From Geosiphon pyriformis uo1 (Eukaryota; Fungi; Glomeromycota), in the NCBI GenBank assembly GCA_016748015.1, contig JAAOMT010000134.1:1060757-1124756 (forward strand): 64,000 nucleotides of DNA, in the 5' to 3' direction. Positions within the stretch are counted from its first letter, which is position 1, and the number at the start of each line of letters is the position of its first letter. Made by a program: the position numbers and the translations under genes. The notes beneath the pieces are model-generated. The model made no database searches, was not told the DNA's origin, and was given only the letters and a program-made list of their open reading frames with translations. Shown one piece after another: positions 41,376 through 53,751 of this stretch.

Positions 41376-43667
41376 ATGATAATGGACTTGAACAACTATT
41401 CTGCCTTAATAGAATTTTTGGGTAAAGGACAATACCCACCAGAATATACTTGACAACAAAAAGAACATTTGTGCAAACAATTAAATTTTTATTTAATCTG
41501 CCAGAACCAGTTATATAAAAGAAACAAAAAAGATCCTGACCACTTCCAAAGAGTCATCAGATTTGAAAAAAGAGAAATTGTAATATATAATATTGTTACC
41601 AGACAAAATTAGAAATATTGCTTAGCATGAAATTACCCTTATAATTCTTATTATTAATTAACATTTCAAATTATCACTTATTACATTTAGCAAAATACCC
41701 GAAATTATTATTTAATAATCCAATTTGTACATAACACAAATGTAACCTAATTGCAACAATCAATCATACAATACCCTGAACTATGTAACATTCAAGAGTT
41801 TACTGAAATTTGTAGAAATTCGCTGAAATAATTGATAGTTTACTGAAATATTTAATAGTTTGCAGAAATAACTTGTAGTTCACCAAAATGTATCTTTAGT
41901 TCAGCAAAATTATAGAAAATAGCAAAGTTTAAGTTCATAGAATAGTGTTATGATAAGTTGTATAAAAGAAGAGCTTTTCTCTTTGAGAAAATGTATCTTA
42001 CTTTAGATTTATCACTTAGAATCATTCCTATACACACAAAAAGAAATAAAATATCAAATAATTTGAAAAACCAATTTCTTTAAAATATTGCACTTGGAAA
42101 ATCCTCAAAACCCAACTAACATTTTGAAATTGATTAGCTACCAATTTCAGTAAACTGTTAGTGACTCCAGGCCTGGATAGAAAACGTTTCCCTTGACAGA
42201 AGTCTATTTCTTTTACATTTTTTTTATTTTTTTATTTTTTTCTTATTACAATCATTAAGGTAGCCTACAGACAAGATTCCAGTAGAAGAGTTGACTTTTA
42301 CAGCAAAGTAACTACACATTTTTAGTGAGCTTCCAAACGAGCAATTCCTGGGAAAGAGTTGACATTTACTACAACATAGTTATACAAAGTAACTGGCACA
42401 GAATTGGCCATTCCACTCATAAGTCCAGCAGTTTAAATTATAAGAGATAATTTGAAGATAAATTCAGTTACTGGAGGTCCAACTACTTTCTGGAAACATA
42501 AATTCACAGCAAATCAACATTACCAACATTCAAGAAAAGAGACCAAAAACCTCTAGTAACAACATATACACTGACCTATTAGCTAGACACTTTGAAAAAA
42601 CAAAGACAATTCAGAAAACTTTAGCTTGCTATTATTGGTTTATCTTGGGAAAAGACATTACTAAATACATTAAAACTTGTAATATCTGCCAAAGAAGAGG
42701 CAAACCCAATTGCAAAAAAGATATTCATCCAATCTTTGTTGGTTAATCATTTGACAAAATTGGTATAGATGTTGTTAGATCTTTAACAATAACTCCTGAT
42801 GGCAACAGATATATTATTACAGCTACCAACTATTTTACAAAGTGGATAAAAACAAGAGCCACTTCTGACCAAACAGTAGTTTTAATAGCCAATTTCATTT
42901 ATAAAGATATTATTTGCCATTATGGCTGCCCCAAAAAACTTTTATCTAATAAAGAAAGAGCTTTTTTCAGTACACTGGTTGAAGAACTTTGTAGAAAAAT
43001 GAGAATACATCATAAACTTTCCTCTTCTTATTACTCTTAAACAAATGATCTAGTAGAATATTTCAACAGAACACTATGTAAAACTCTAGCCAAAACCAGT
43101 AAAGAAACAAACTTATGGGACAAAGTACTGTCTTCAGCTTTGTTTGCTTATAAAACTGTAAATCATGACATAATAAGTTATGAACCTTTTTATTTATTCT
43201 ATGGATGTATGGCAATACTACCAATAGAAACTAATATTGAGACAATACTCTTTGAAGAAATCACAATAGAAAATTACAAAAACATTTTGCAAAGAAGACT
43301 TGGTACTATTCTTAACTCCTTGGTAAAAGCACGAATAATTGCTTTTAAAAAGATAAAACAGTTTCAAAAAAAGCTTAAAAAAAAGAAAACCTATAAAACA
43401 CTTTCTTTAAGTATTGGTAACTTGGTATTGAAATACTATTTAAACAGAAACAATATTTATGATGATAAATTCTCTAGCTAATGGAAAGAACCCTTTATAG
43501 TCAACAAAGTTTTGAACAATTGTTCTTATATTCTTCAAAATCAATCTGGAACAATCTTCAATGATTGTCCTGTTCATGGTACACAACTCAAGAAATATCA
43601 TAAATGACCTAATTAGTTGCCTGTTGTAGTAATACCAATTCAAATGATCAGCAAAAATCAAGTATAA
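41376..43667 (+). pseudogene. C integrase, separate ORF, split by solo LTR E
   Basis: Own ATG at 41376/41382. HF..CNIC, IGIDVV, LLSNK, LVEYFNRTL, LFAYKT. Confidence 0.88.
41594..42561 (+). mobile_element. Solo LTR E (same family as D, opposite orientation), TSD ATAT/ACAT
   Basis: TGTTACC...AGTAACA termini, ~20-bp U3 repeats at 41797-41910, TATAAAA at ~41961. Integrase sequence rejoins across it. Confidence 0.92.
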
Positions 43668-43708
43668 ATAAATGCACTATTCTTAAAACAGAGGTATCTT
43701 CAATCAAC

Positions 43709-44325
43709 ATGAACAATTGTTTTCTGAATCAAAACATTCAAAACATCTTTTATACTCTCCATGAGTATTGGATTAAAAACTATCCAAATGCTACTCTGAC
43801 TATTGGAAAACAAATCACCATAACTGATAACAGTGAAACACATACTGTTATTAGACCAAAGAAAACTATTACCAAAAGAAAAAAAATTGGTAGTAAAATG
43901 GATAAATATCTGTTGGAAAGTATAACAGCAGCTATACTCCTACCTTCTAGTATAATTGGAAAAACACTCCAAGAAATCTTACCCATAGACAAAAACTTGT
44001 CATATGGAAGGCAATTAAAACTCTATAGTCACCTTAGTAAAATTATAGAGGATATGAAATTCATGAAGAAAACAACTTCAGAAATACAGACAGAAATTTT
44101 GGGCATTATATAGTTAGATGTCTCAAGAGTTTTAACTATTGCTAAAAGAGCCAAAACTCTAATACAAAGATTTGGTCTCTTAGATACAAAACTCATTTCA
44201 TCTTAAGTATTATATATTCTATCCATAAAAGACTTCAACAAACTAGTTAGCTTTGAGTTAGATAAAACTTTTCAAATAAATTACATCATAAATAGCTTGA
44301 TTTTGCTGGAGCTCAATCTTTTTGA
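43709..44325 (+). pseudogene. C orphan ORF between integrase and PPT (~205 codons, two in-frame stops)
   Basis: 134-aa track ORF continues in frame past a TAG as far as the PPT. Confidence 0.65.
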
Positions 44326-44334
44326 AGAGGATAA

Positions 44335-44485
44335 TGTTACAGTTGAAACTTATATTTCTTATTAATTATCACATGTATTAGTCACTGATGTCATATAAAT
44401 TAGCCACTTTATTTTTAGAAAGTAATCAATAATCTAACTGTTGACCTGACTATTGATCTGATTATTGACCACTTTTGATAGCTAT
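44335..44485 (+). repeat. 3' LTR of C, first 151 bp; remainder displaced by A
   Basis: Matches 35466-35505 plus 36406-36516. Confidence 0.92.
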
Positions 44486-45367
44486 TGTTATAAGTGATTA
44501 TTTGGGGTCTTAAAGCAAATAATAAACCTGTAACTTGGTGCTTAATTGATTAATAATGCTGGTAATACTGGTACGTTGGTTGTATCTGAAGATTTTGGAG
44601 TTGAGTCTTTTGTATAATGAACAGAGATTTTTTATTGATGTTATTCGCAGTTAGTTTGTGTAAGTGTTTCCCAATTTCTTTCTCAGCTTAGTGGCTGGAT
44701 TTATTTTGGCAGTCATGCTCTTCTGGTAAGCTATCCAATAATATATATAATGCTACTCTTATCTCTGGGTCTTTTATCAGGCTATTTATGACATCAATAA
44801 CTCAGTGCTTTTAATCAATTAGTATACAACAAAATCAAATAAAAGAAGTAAAAGAAAATAAAGAAATGTAAAAAATAAGCCAAAATAATTTGCAAGTTAG
44901 TATCTCGTCAATAGTCATGATCAAGAGCTATTGTTCCAGTGTGATTAAGTATTAATTACCATCAACATGAAGTGCTGATAGTGAAGAGTAAATTGAGATA
45001 ATGAATAATTATTTATTGATATTTGTAATGTGGAAGGTTTCTAATTGATGAATTCTGCTCTTTCTACTTCTAACGCTACCACTATATATACATAATTGAT
45101 GTTCTATGAGATTACTCACATTCCCGAGCAATGTGCTATGATTTTTTGAGCAATGCTTACATTGCTGAGCAATGTGTCATATTTTCTTGATATTGCTCTA
45201 CATTGCTGAGTGATGTGCCTTGATTTTTGACATTGCTCCACATTGCTAAGCAATGTGCTATAATTTCTGATATTGCTTCATATTGCTGAGCAATATGCTC
45301 ATGTGCTAACTACTACTTGCCTATTGGTCTACTATTTTCTATAACTGTTTTCTTTTTATGAGTAACA
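44486..45367 (-). repeat. 3' LTR of A (882 bp)
   Basis: TGTTA...TAACA termini. 44486-44945 aligns with 53771-54229. TATA-like tatatata at ~45083-45090. Confidence 0.93.
45117..45297. repeat. U3 tandem array of A: five 40-41-bp units, each with the palindrome CACATTGCTNAGCAATGTG
   Basis: Units start at 45117, 45158, 45199, 45239 and 45279. Confidence 0.9.
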
Positions 45368-45381
45368 TTATCTCCTCCTTT

Positions 45382-46038
45382 TTAATATTGAGCTCTATCA
45401 AAATCTTCGTTTTGAATTAATTCTAATACTTCTTTTTCAAATATTGTTTGTTCAACTCAGTTTCTTACATCTTCTATTTGTGTATTGTTCATTCTTCCCC
45501 ATTGGTTAATGGTTATGGTTTCCATGTTAGAGTGTAACAGTATTTCCAGATAGTTCTGAAATATGTTGTATAGTTGGTATATTGTTTTAACATGTAGTGT
45601 TGAATTTGTTTTCTTTCTGATAAATTTTTCAATTTGTTGTATTATATCTTAGTTGAATATTCTTTTAGATTTGTCAATATACAACTCTTGAATATTCAAC
45701 TTTTTGACTTAGCCAGTAGTAGCAATATGACATTGGAAGTCGTTCTGTCCATTGCTTCCAATTTTTTTTTGTAAGCTTTTCTGTTGGTGCCATAATGGGT
45801 ATTTTCCCAAAAGTGTTCTTTACTTTTTCTATTAAGTTATCTGTCCAGTTTTTATTGTTCTTTGTTGGGTGCTGATATGGTATATTCTTTGTCTTTTTTT
45901 GGGTGTTTTGATAGCAAATTATTTAGTTGTTAATAACAATTTCCATATCTAACTGTTGTTCACTTAAGGCTTGGAACAATTGTTGAGCTATAGTGTGAAT
46001 ATGATCTGGTATTTCCATTTTTCTTGGTTGCTTTCATC
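45382..46038 (-). pseudogene. A orphan ORF in env position (~218 codons, interrupted)
   Basis: MEIPDHIHTIAQQLFQAL...DFDRAQY-stop, homologous to 62881-63540. Confidence 0.75.
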
Positions 46039-46073
46039 GCATGTACTGTGTCTTTATATACTTTTTTGGTTGT

Positions 46074-47456
46074 TCAATTTGACGTGTTTGGTTCAATAAC
46101 TATGATTGGTTCCAGATCTCGTGGAATCTCATCTGGTTGAACTAGTATTCTTTGTACTTCCAGTTGTGGAATGTTATTGGTGGATGATGATGTTATCTGG
46201 TAATATGATTTTAGTCAATTACCATGTGCTGCTTTGGCTAAGATTTTGTTGTTCCATCTTAGTTTATAAGCTCCATTTCCAAGAATTTCTTCTATGTAAA
46301 ATAGTCCATCCCATTTGGGGTCAAATTTTCTACTCCATTGTTTTTCCACTTTGGTGTAATGTAAAAGTACTTTGTTTCCAATCTTGAATTCAACTGGTTT
46401 ATCTATTAATTAGTTATCATGTCATTTTTTTTGCTTTTCTTGTGACTTTTGAATATTGTCAGCTGCCTTTTATTGTTTGTTTTCTAGAGTTTCCATCAAG
46501 TCATATGTTCTTTTTAGCAATGTTTCCTGAAAATTATCTTTAGTTATTGGTTCAGTTAAATAAGTGGTGACTTTTATCTCAACTGGTAATGTTGCTGTTC
46601 TACCATATACTAATTCAAATGGTGTTGCTTGTGTAGTGTCCTGCTTCATTGTCTGATAAGCAAATAGTACTGATAGTATAAACAAATCCCATTTGTTCTG
46701 GTTTTTTTGACTGATCTTGGTAATTGCTTTACACAATGTTCTATTGAATCTTTCAACTAGTCCATTGGTTTGTGGGTGGTATGGTAATGACAGTGGTCTT
46801 TTAACTCCAAATCTTTGACTTAATTTTGCCAGTGTTCTGTTTACAAAATGAGTTCTTTGATTTGATAGTAGTTTTTTTGGACATCCATGTTGACAGATCA
46901 AATCTTAATGGACGAATTCAGCAATGGATTCTGCATCTGCTCTTTGAATGGCTTTTGCTTCTGGCCATTTAGTGAGATAATTTATAGTTACTGCCATATA
47001 TCTGTTGCCTCTACTGGTAATTGTTAATGGTCCGACTAAGTCAATTCCAATGTGATCAAATAGTTGTTTCACTTTGATTGGTCTTAATGGTTCACTGGGT
47101 CTTGTTCCTCTTCTTCTCTGACAAGCATCACAATTTTGAACATATTGGATGATGTCTGGATATATTGATGGCCAATAGTATCTTTTTCTAGTTCTTTCTA
47201 TGGTTGCTTCTTTATGAAAATGTTCTGCTGTTGGGTCTGAATGCATATTAAATAATATTGTCTCTTTCTCTGGTTCTGTAATTACTCTGATTGGTTGATC
47301 TGGATTTCTTCTGTTTTTTTGGTAAAGTATATTTTGATGGTTGATAAAATATTTTGATTGTTGTTTTATGTTTTTTTGTTCTTTTTGAGATAATTTCTCT
47401 TTGAACAATTGGGTATTTATATAATGTTGAAGTTGTTATTATTTTTGTATATTCAT
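46074..47456 (-). pseudogene. A integrase, separate ORF
   Basis: HSDPTAEH..CDAC (HHCC), IGIDLVGP, LLSNQ, GLVERFN, C-terminal KWDG..GNGAYKL. No chromodomain seen. Confidence 0.93.
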
Positions 47457-47496
47457 TTTTTTATTATATTTTTGAATTGAAATGTTTTTTTTTTTT

Positions 47497-50400
47497 TTAG
47501 ATTTGTCTCATTCATAACAATCTGTCAGCATTTCCATTGTCTTTTTTCTTTTTATAATGTACTGTATAATTAAATGGTGAAAGTTCTATTTTTCATCTGG
47601 CATGATGATCATCTGCAAATTTTTGTTTCTGAATTGAAGTCAATCTCTTGTGATTGGTATAAACATCAAACTTTTGGCTCAAGTATTCTCTCTATTTTAT
47701 AACTGCTCAATAGATAGCTAAGTGTTCTAATGCTGGAGTTCCATAGTTCTTCTCAGCTGGACTTAAGCTTCTACTGGCATAAGCTACTGGATGTTCTCTT
47801 CCATCTGGTTTTTTCTGTGACAGCACTGCTCCCAATGCTTGGCCAGATGCATTGGTAGTGATGATGAATAGTTTGCTGTAATCTGAATACATTAATACTA
47901 AAGCTTGGATAAGCTTTCTTCTTAATATGTCAAAAGCTTCTTGTTGGGTTTCTGTCCATTTATACTTCACATTCTTTGTTTGGAGTTGGTGTAGTAGTTA
48001 AGTTATTTTAAAAAAGTCCTTGATGAAGCAGCAATAGTATCCGGCAAGTCCCAAAAATACTCTCAATTCTGTGAGATTATTTGGTACTGGAAAGTTTTTG
48101 ACAATCTCTATCTTGTCTGAATCTGTTTTGATTCCATCTTTACTCACTACATGTCCCAAAAACTTGAGTTCAGTTTTTCCAAAGAAACATTTAGTTGCAT
48201 TTAGTTTCAATCCGGCTCTTTTTAATCTTTTGAACACTTGTTGAAGATAATGTAAATGATCATCGAATATTTTTGAGAACACATTAGTGTTATCCAAGTA
48301 TACAACTACTGATTTCCATAGTAGTCCAGTATAGACAATTTCTATGAGCCATTGGAATGTTGCTGGGACATTTATCAAGCCAAATGGCATGACTTCAAAT
48401 TCAAAATTCCCTTCTTTTGTAGTAAATGCTGTTTTTTCTTTGTCAGTTGGATCCATGGCTACTTGTCAGTAACCACTGTCTAGATCTAATGTTGAGAACC
48501 ATTTATTTCCTCCAAAAGCATTGAATAGTTCTTGAATTTTTGGAGTTGGATAGCTATCACCTTTAATCACTCCATTCAGTTTTCAATAATCCACACAAAA
48601 GCGGATTTTTCTATTTTTCTTTCAGACTAGTACTACTGGTAATGACTATGGACTTATTGATGGCTGAATTAGCCTATTGTCAAGCATCCAGTTGATTTCT
48701 TGACAAATAATCTCATGGCTAGCTGGTGGTACTCTGTATGCTCTTTGCTTAATTGGCATTGCATCTTCAGTCTTGATCTGATGCTGGATGATATTGGTGT
48801 GGCCAAATTCATTTTCACTTGTAAAGATGTCATTGAAATTATTGAGCAATATTTTGAGCTGCATCTGTTAAAGTAGATCTAAGTTGCCCATGTTTGTTTG
48901 TTCCAATTGTTCCAGTTGGAGCAAATAATATTCACTTCGTCTATAGATGGTTTGTGATGTAATGTCTACATATCCACAAAGCTGTGGAAAATCTGGAATA
49001 TGGTTTGGCAGTTGGTCCTTAACTTTGGTGGTTAAATATCCAATGACAGTTCCTTTTGGTATTTCAATAACACGTCCCATTGTGTTGTAGATGGGAATTT
49101 TGATATGGTTATGGCTCTTGGCTGGTATGTATAGATTGATAAGTCCAATTTTTTCTGATTTACAAAGGGTTGCTTCTGCTTCAAAAATCTGTTCTTGCTT
49201 CTTCTCTCTCTTTTCTATTGCTAACATGTATTGGCTATATGGTAGAATGGAAATTGTTTGACCAGTTGAGATTATTTCTTCTTGGCCAATAATTTCTTCC
49301 TTCACTATATTGACTGGTATATCTATTTTACCCATTGATCCGAATCCTTGTATCCCTCTAACTGTAATCCCTAATTTTTTTCTGTTTTCCACTAACATTA
49401 ACTGAGCTATTTTTACCAGAGGTAGGAATATTGCTTGTGCTATTTTTTCATTTGGGTCTATGGTATATGCTTTTTCTGAATTATTTTGTAGCATAGCAAT
49501 AATATTTCCTACATATTCTGCATCAATTATTCCTCCTTTGATGTTTATCCCTTTATTCACTAAACTACTTCTAGATACTAGTTGAATTATTGTTGTTGCT
49601 GGAATTTCCAATGCTACTTTGAGATCAATGCAGGTGTGTAAATGTGGTTCCAATTTAATGGGATTTTTTCCTGGATATCTCAGATCAAACCCTGCATCAG
49701 TATTGTATGCATGTTCAAGCATGATATCTTCATTATTATCGCTGAACCATTTCAGTTCCTGTTCCTTGGTAAGGTCAGGAAGTATGATAAATGTTTTGGG
49801 ATATGAATCAGAGTTTAAATTGTCATAATTTGTGTTGCTAATTGGAGTGGAGCTGGAACCATTGTTTTTGTCATCATTATTGTCGGAGTTTGAATCAGGA
49901 TTGAAAACTGATTCCAATTCCAATGCGCAGCTGCTCATTGGTTTGTTTCCTTCAGGGATTGTGTAGATCATGTGTGGTGGTGGATTGTAAATAAGATCAC
50001 ACTTATTACAATATTGAAACTCACAAAGAATTAAGCAGTGTTAACATAGTTGAGTATTCAATTGTTCTAGGCATTGCTCTTGCTTTTCTCTTGTGGGTGC
50101 TAACTCCTGGTAGTGTTCATGAAATTGTTCTGGATCTAGAAGATTTATAACTGGTTCTGGGTCCCAGTCAAGTTCTATAGGTTCTGGTGGGTTGTTTTTG
50201 ATTTCTCTGATTTCTTCAGGTGATGCTCCTTCTATCTTGGCCATTGCCATTCTCCAGATCTCGTCATCATCATGTGGGCAACTGTCTAATTGCTGCACAG
50301 TTCTTCTCCAAGCAGCTTCTATTGGAGTTCCTTTCTTGACCCAGTCACTGATGAGGATTGTGTACTGACACAAAGTGTCGCATATTCCTCCTCGACCAGG

Positions 50401-53400
50401 AATGTCGTTCCACATTCCTTCATTGAGTAAGGTTTTATCACAAGCTAGGCAAGGTTTGTTGTCCCATTTTTCTTGTCTTTTTGGTTGTCCAAAGTGTTCT
50501 ATAATACATGTGCAGCAGTAAAATTTGGTCGCCGTTTGGTATTCCTCATCATTGCCACAGTATGTGCCCATTGACGACAATTTCTTGCTGCAATTGACAC
50601 ATATTAATTTGGGTTGACAATAAGTAAACTGTTGTGGTAAAACATAAGTGTCTGAAATATAAGTATTGTTGACTTGAGTAATGTCTTTTTCTTTTCCTTT
50701 CCTTTTGTCTCTTCCTTTATCTTCTTCCCACTCCCAATTTACTGTTAGTTTGCTGTCGTCATTGTTGGTCCATATCAGATCATCAGTTTCCCAGGTGAGT
50801 TTTTCTTTTTGTTTTTCTTTTACTGGCTCGTTCCATGATAGTATTGACAACAGTTTGTTGTGGTCGTTATTGGCCCACAACACTTGATACATCTCCTAAG
50901 TAGGTTTCAGTTTTTTTTCTTCCAGTTCCATTAATGGTGTGGAGAGATGATTTGATTTAAAATGACCACAGATAGCTGGTACCCTTGTATGTTGGTTATG
51001 CTGACTGAGTTGGACCTCTTGTGTGTTTCAATCCATAATGGTGCTGGCTTTGGGCAGCCAATTATTGCCAATGAGGGCCTAGTACTGAGTGGCTTCCATT
51101 ACCAGTACTTTAATTGGTATAATAATGCTGTTGACTTCTATGGGTAGATTGTCAATCTCTCCAATAGGTGTTTTGGTCATTCCATTGGCTGTAATAATTT
51201 TGGTGCTGGCAGCATGATCAACTCGGTGACTTAATTGATCCATGAGTTGTCTGGTAATGATGCTGTTAGCTGATCCACTATTTAAGATCAGTTTAATAAA
51301 GTGTCCATCAATTTTCACATCAGTATATATAGCCATGATAGATTTTTCTTTTAGAGTGGCTCCACTGAATAGTAGTACTGTTGTGGTTTCCTCAAGTTTA
51401 AAGGGAAAGATGGTGGCCAATGATTTGTCATTGGTAACAGTTGCTGGTAGGATGTTGTTAGTAAGTGTTATTTGTTGATGGGGTTCTGAGTTGTTGGTGG
51501 TGGCGTTTTCTGGAATAACCAGAAGACTTAAATAGTGTTGCGAATTTGGGTTTTGGTTGAAACTGGTACCCAAATTCTGAGATCGTGATCCAGTAAGTTG
51601 ATAAGAGAAGCTGGAGATCGGTTGGTGAATGACCATCACCAATCTCCAGTTTTGGGTGATTCTGGGTCTGGGATCTCCTGATGTTATTTGAGCTGGGTTT
51701 TGAAGCAGTGTTTGGATTGATTGTTAAGGCTGATAGATTATTTGTGGCTGTGATTGATATATTACTGGTGGCTGTGGCTGGTAAATTGTTTGTGGTTGAT
51801 AAATTGGGGTTTGATATGCTAATAGTTGATAGATTGGTTGCTGCATCATCGGCAGGTAAGTGGTTTGATATTGTGCTAAGTTTGATTGATGATTCAGAGT
51901 TGGGAACCAGTGATCGGGGCTTTGATATTGATTTTCCAATCATTGGTTATTTATATGCTGGTGGCAGTTGATTTGGATATGTTTTTGTTTACCACAATAG
52001 TGGCAGATATGCATTTTCTGTTGCCATTGTTAATTGGTCAATGAAGATGGACGTAATTGGTTCTGTGAATAATTAGAGTTTTCTTGATTATGGCATCGTT
52101 GTGATGGTTGATAAATTGTCTGATTGTTGTTAGCTAAGTATTCCTCTATCTTCTGATTAATTGTTTCACTGAATTTCTCCAATTTGGAATCCAATTCAGA
52201 TAATCCGTTCATCACTAGATTAACAGCTTGGGCGTGGTTGGCTTTTAACTTAGTTGATTCGAAATCTCTGGCACAGGTGACTGCATTTTAAAGGATGCCT
52301 GAATGCAACAGATGTACATGTTGCAAGATACTGCTGTACAGGCCACAGATAAACTGGTTGAGGATCTGTGACACTGTAAAATAGTTGGCATTAATTGCTT
52401 GGATTTGGTGCAAGTTTTTATGAAAGCATCCTAGGTAAGTAGTAACTGCTTTAGTTTCTCTTTGTTTCATGGTAGTAAATGAATTGACTAGGTGATTGAT
52501 ACTGTTATTGTTGCTGAAGTATCTTAATAATTCCATTTTGAAGGCATTGAAGTCTTGTGGTTTATTAATCAAGCTCTAATATCATGAATTGGTGGTATTC
52601 TTGAGGAAGTAGGAAATGAGTTGCATTGCTCAGGCATCATTCCATTCATTGGCTGTGATGGTTTTTTCCATGTCGTTCAACCATACTTGAGCATCATCCT
52701 CTTTGCTGGTAAAATTTTCGAGTTTTGCAATTGGTGCATAGGCTATTGGGTCTAAATTGGGTTGTTGTAATGGCTGTTGAAGCAGTTGTTGTATGGATTC
52801 GGCTATTAGATTAATTAGTGGTTAATCAATGACAATTATTGAAGGTAAGTTTTGTTGGTTAATTAAGTTGGGGTTTTGGTTGTTTTTATTTGGCTAAGCT
52901 TGAAAATTTGGAGTTTTGATTTCTGGATTTTTTTGGTTTGGATTTTTTGGAGTGTGAATGTTTGGGGTTTCAAATTCCGGGTTTTCTGGGATCGGGTTTT
53001 GGTATGTAAATTCCTGATCCTCAGATTCTTCTTCCTTTTTTTCTTGTTCTCTTTCCGATTCTGTGACTTTTCAAGGACTCGTGGTTCCGAAATCTGGTTA
53101 AGGTGGTGGTGATCAAAATCCTGATGGTGTTGGTGATCATGATTTAAATCCTTCAAAATATGCACCATATGGTCTTAATAAGTCTTCTTTCCTTTGTTTA
53201 CTTTGAAATGAGAATTGTCCAAATGTTGATGTCACATTCAATGTGGATGCGCCTGTTGATGTGATATTGATGGCACTTCCAGAAGTATAATGATATGATG
53301 GATTGGTGAGTAATTCAACTCTGTGTTTCTTTCAAGTAGGTGGTTGTATTCCTTTGGGTGTTACTGCTGGTGTTTGTAGTTTTCTTTTGTCTTTACTTGC

Positions 53401-53730
53401 ATAAGTGATTGGGTATCTCTGTTGGGTGTGATGTTCAATTTTTTTATTAATCTCAATGATGATAGATGTGAAATTATAGTTTGTTGGTAAGCTGCTGTTT
53501 TGGATTAATTTATTGTAAAAAGTCTCCCTTGCTGATTCAATGTTTGTTGCTGTTCTTAATAAGTAGGCAATTTTTTCATTGATGTAAAAGTTGAAGGCTG
53601 ATTCTGCTAATATGTAATTTGGAGTTAATCCCAAGTGTTGACAGTAGTGTTGAAATAAGAATTTTGTGAATCCTAAATGGTTTGCTTCTATGTTTTTTGA
53701 TTCTGCCACTTTTGGATGGGGTTGTTGGTG
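47497..53730 (-). pseudogene. A gag-protease-Cys-rich domain-dUTPase-RT-RNase H polyprotein, interrupted
   Basis: CHYCGKQKH..C knuckle, LILNSGS, dUTPase motifs, MPFGL, VYLDN, TTNASGQALGAVLSQ, YASRSL. Confidence 0.93.
49330..49722 (-). pseudogene. dut: dUTPase domain of A
   Basis: All five motifs in order: AGFDL, RSSL, GIIDAEYVG, KIAQAI, RGIQGFGSMG. Confidence 0.93.
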
Positions 53731-53751
53731 CTGGTTTTTTGTAAGATTATA

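Larger units (their letters stand above)
35466..44485 (+). mobile_element. Ty3/Gypsy LTR retrotransposon C (no dUTPase), degenerate; interrupted by D and E, 3' LTR split by A
   Basis: 5' LTR at 35466-35505 plus 36406-37031, PBS, gag/PR/RT/RH/IN remnants, PPT gaagaggataa, 3' LTR from 44335 matching the 5' LTR. Confidence 0.93.

Noticed and set aside
35506-42561. DNA transposon or DIRS-type element bounded by long inverted repeats
   Set aside because: D and E each have their own TG...CA termini and TSD, the empty sites can be reconstructed, and no transposase or tyrosine recombinase was seen.
45117-45297. CRISPR-like array of palindromic repeats
   Set aside because: The spacers are copies of each other, no cas genes are present, and the array lies in an LTR U3 of a eukaryote.
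51458-51943. Ser/Thr/Asn-rich ORFs in A and B (also 56954-57217) as an overlapping gene
   Set aside because: They are the shifted frame of the CAA-rich Gag tract and only look open because CAA>TAA stops hit the true frame.
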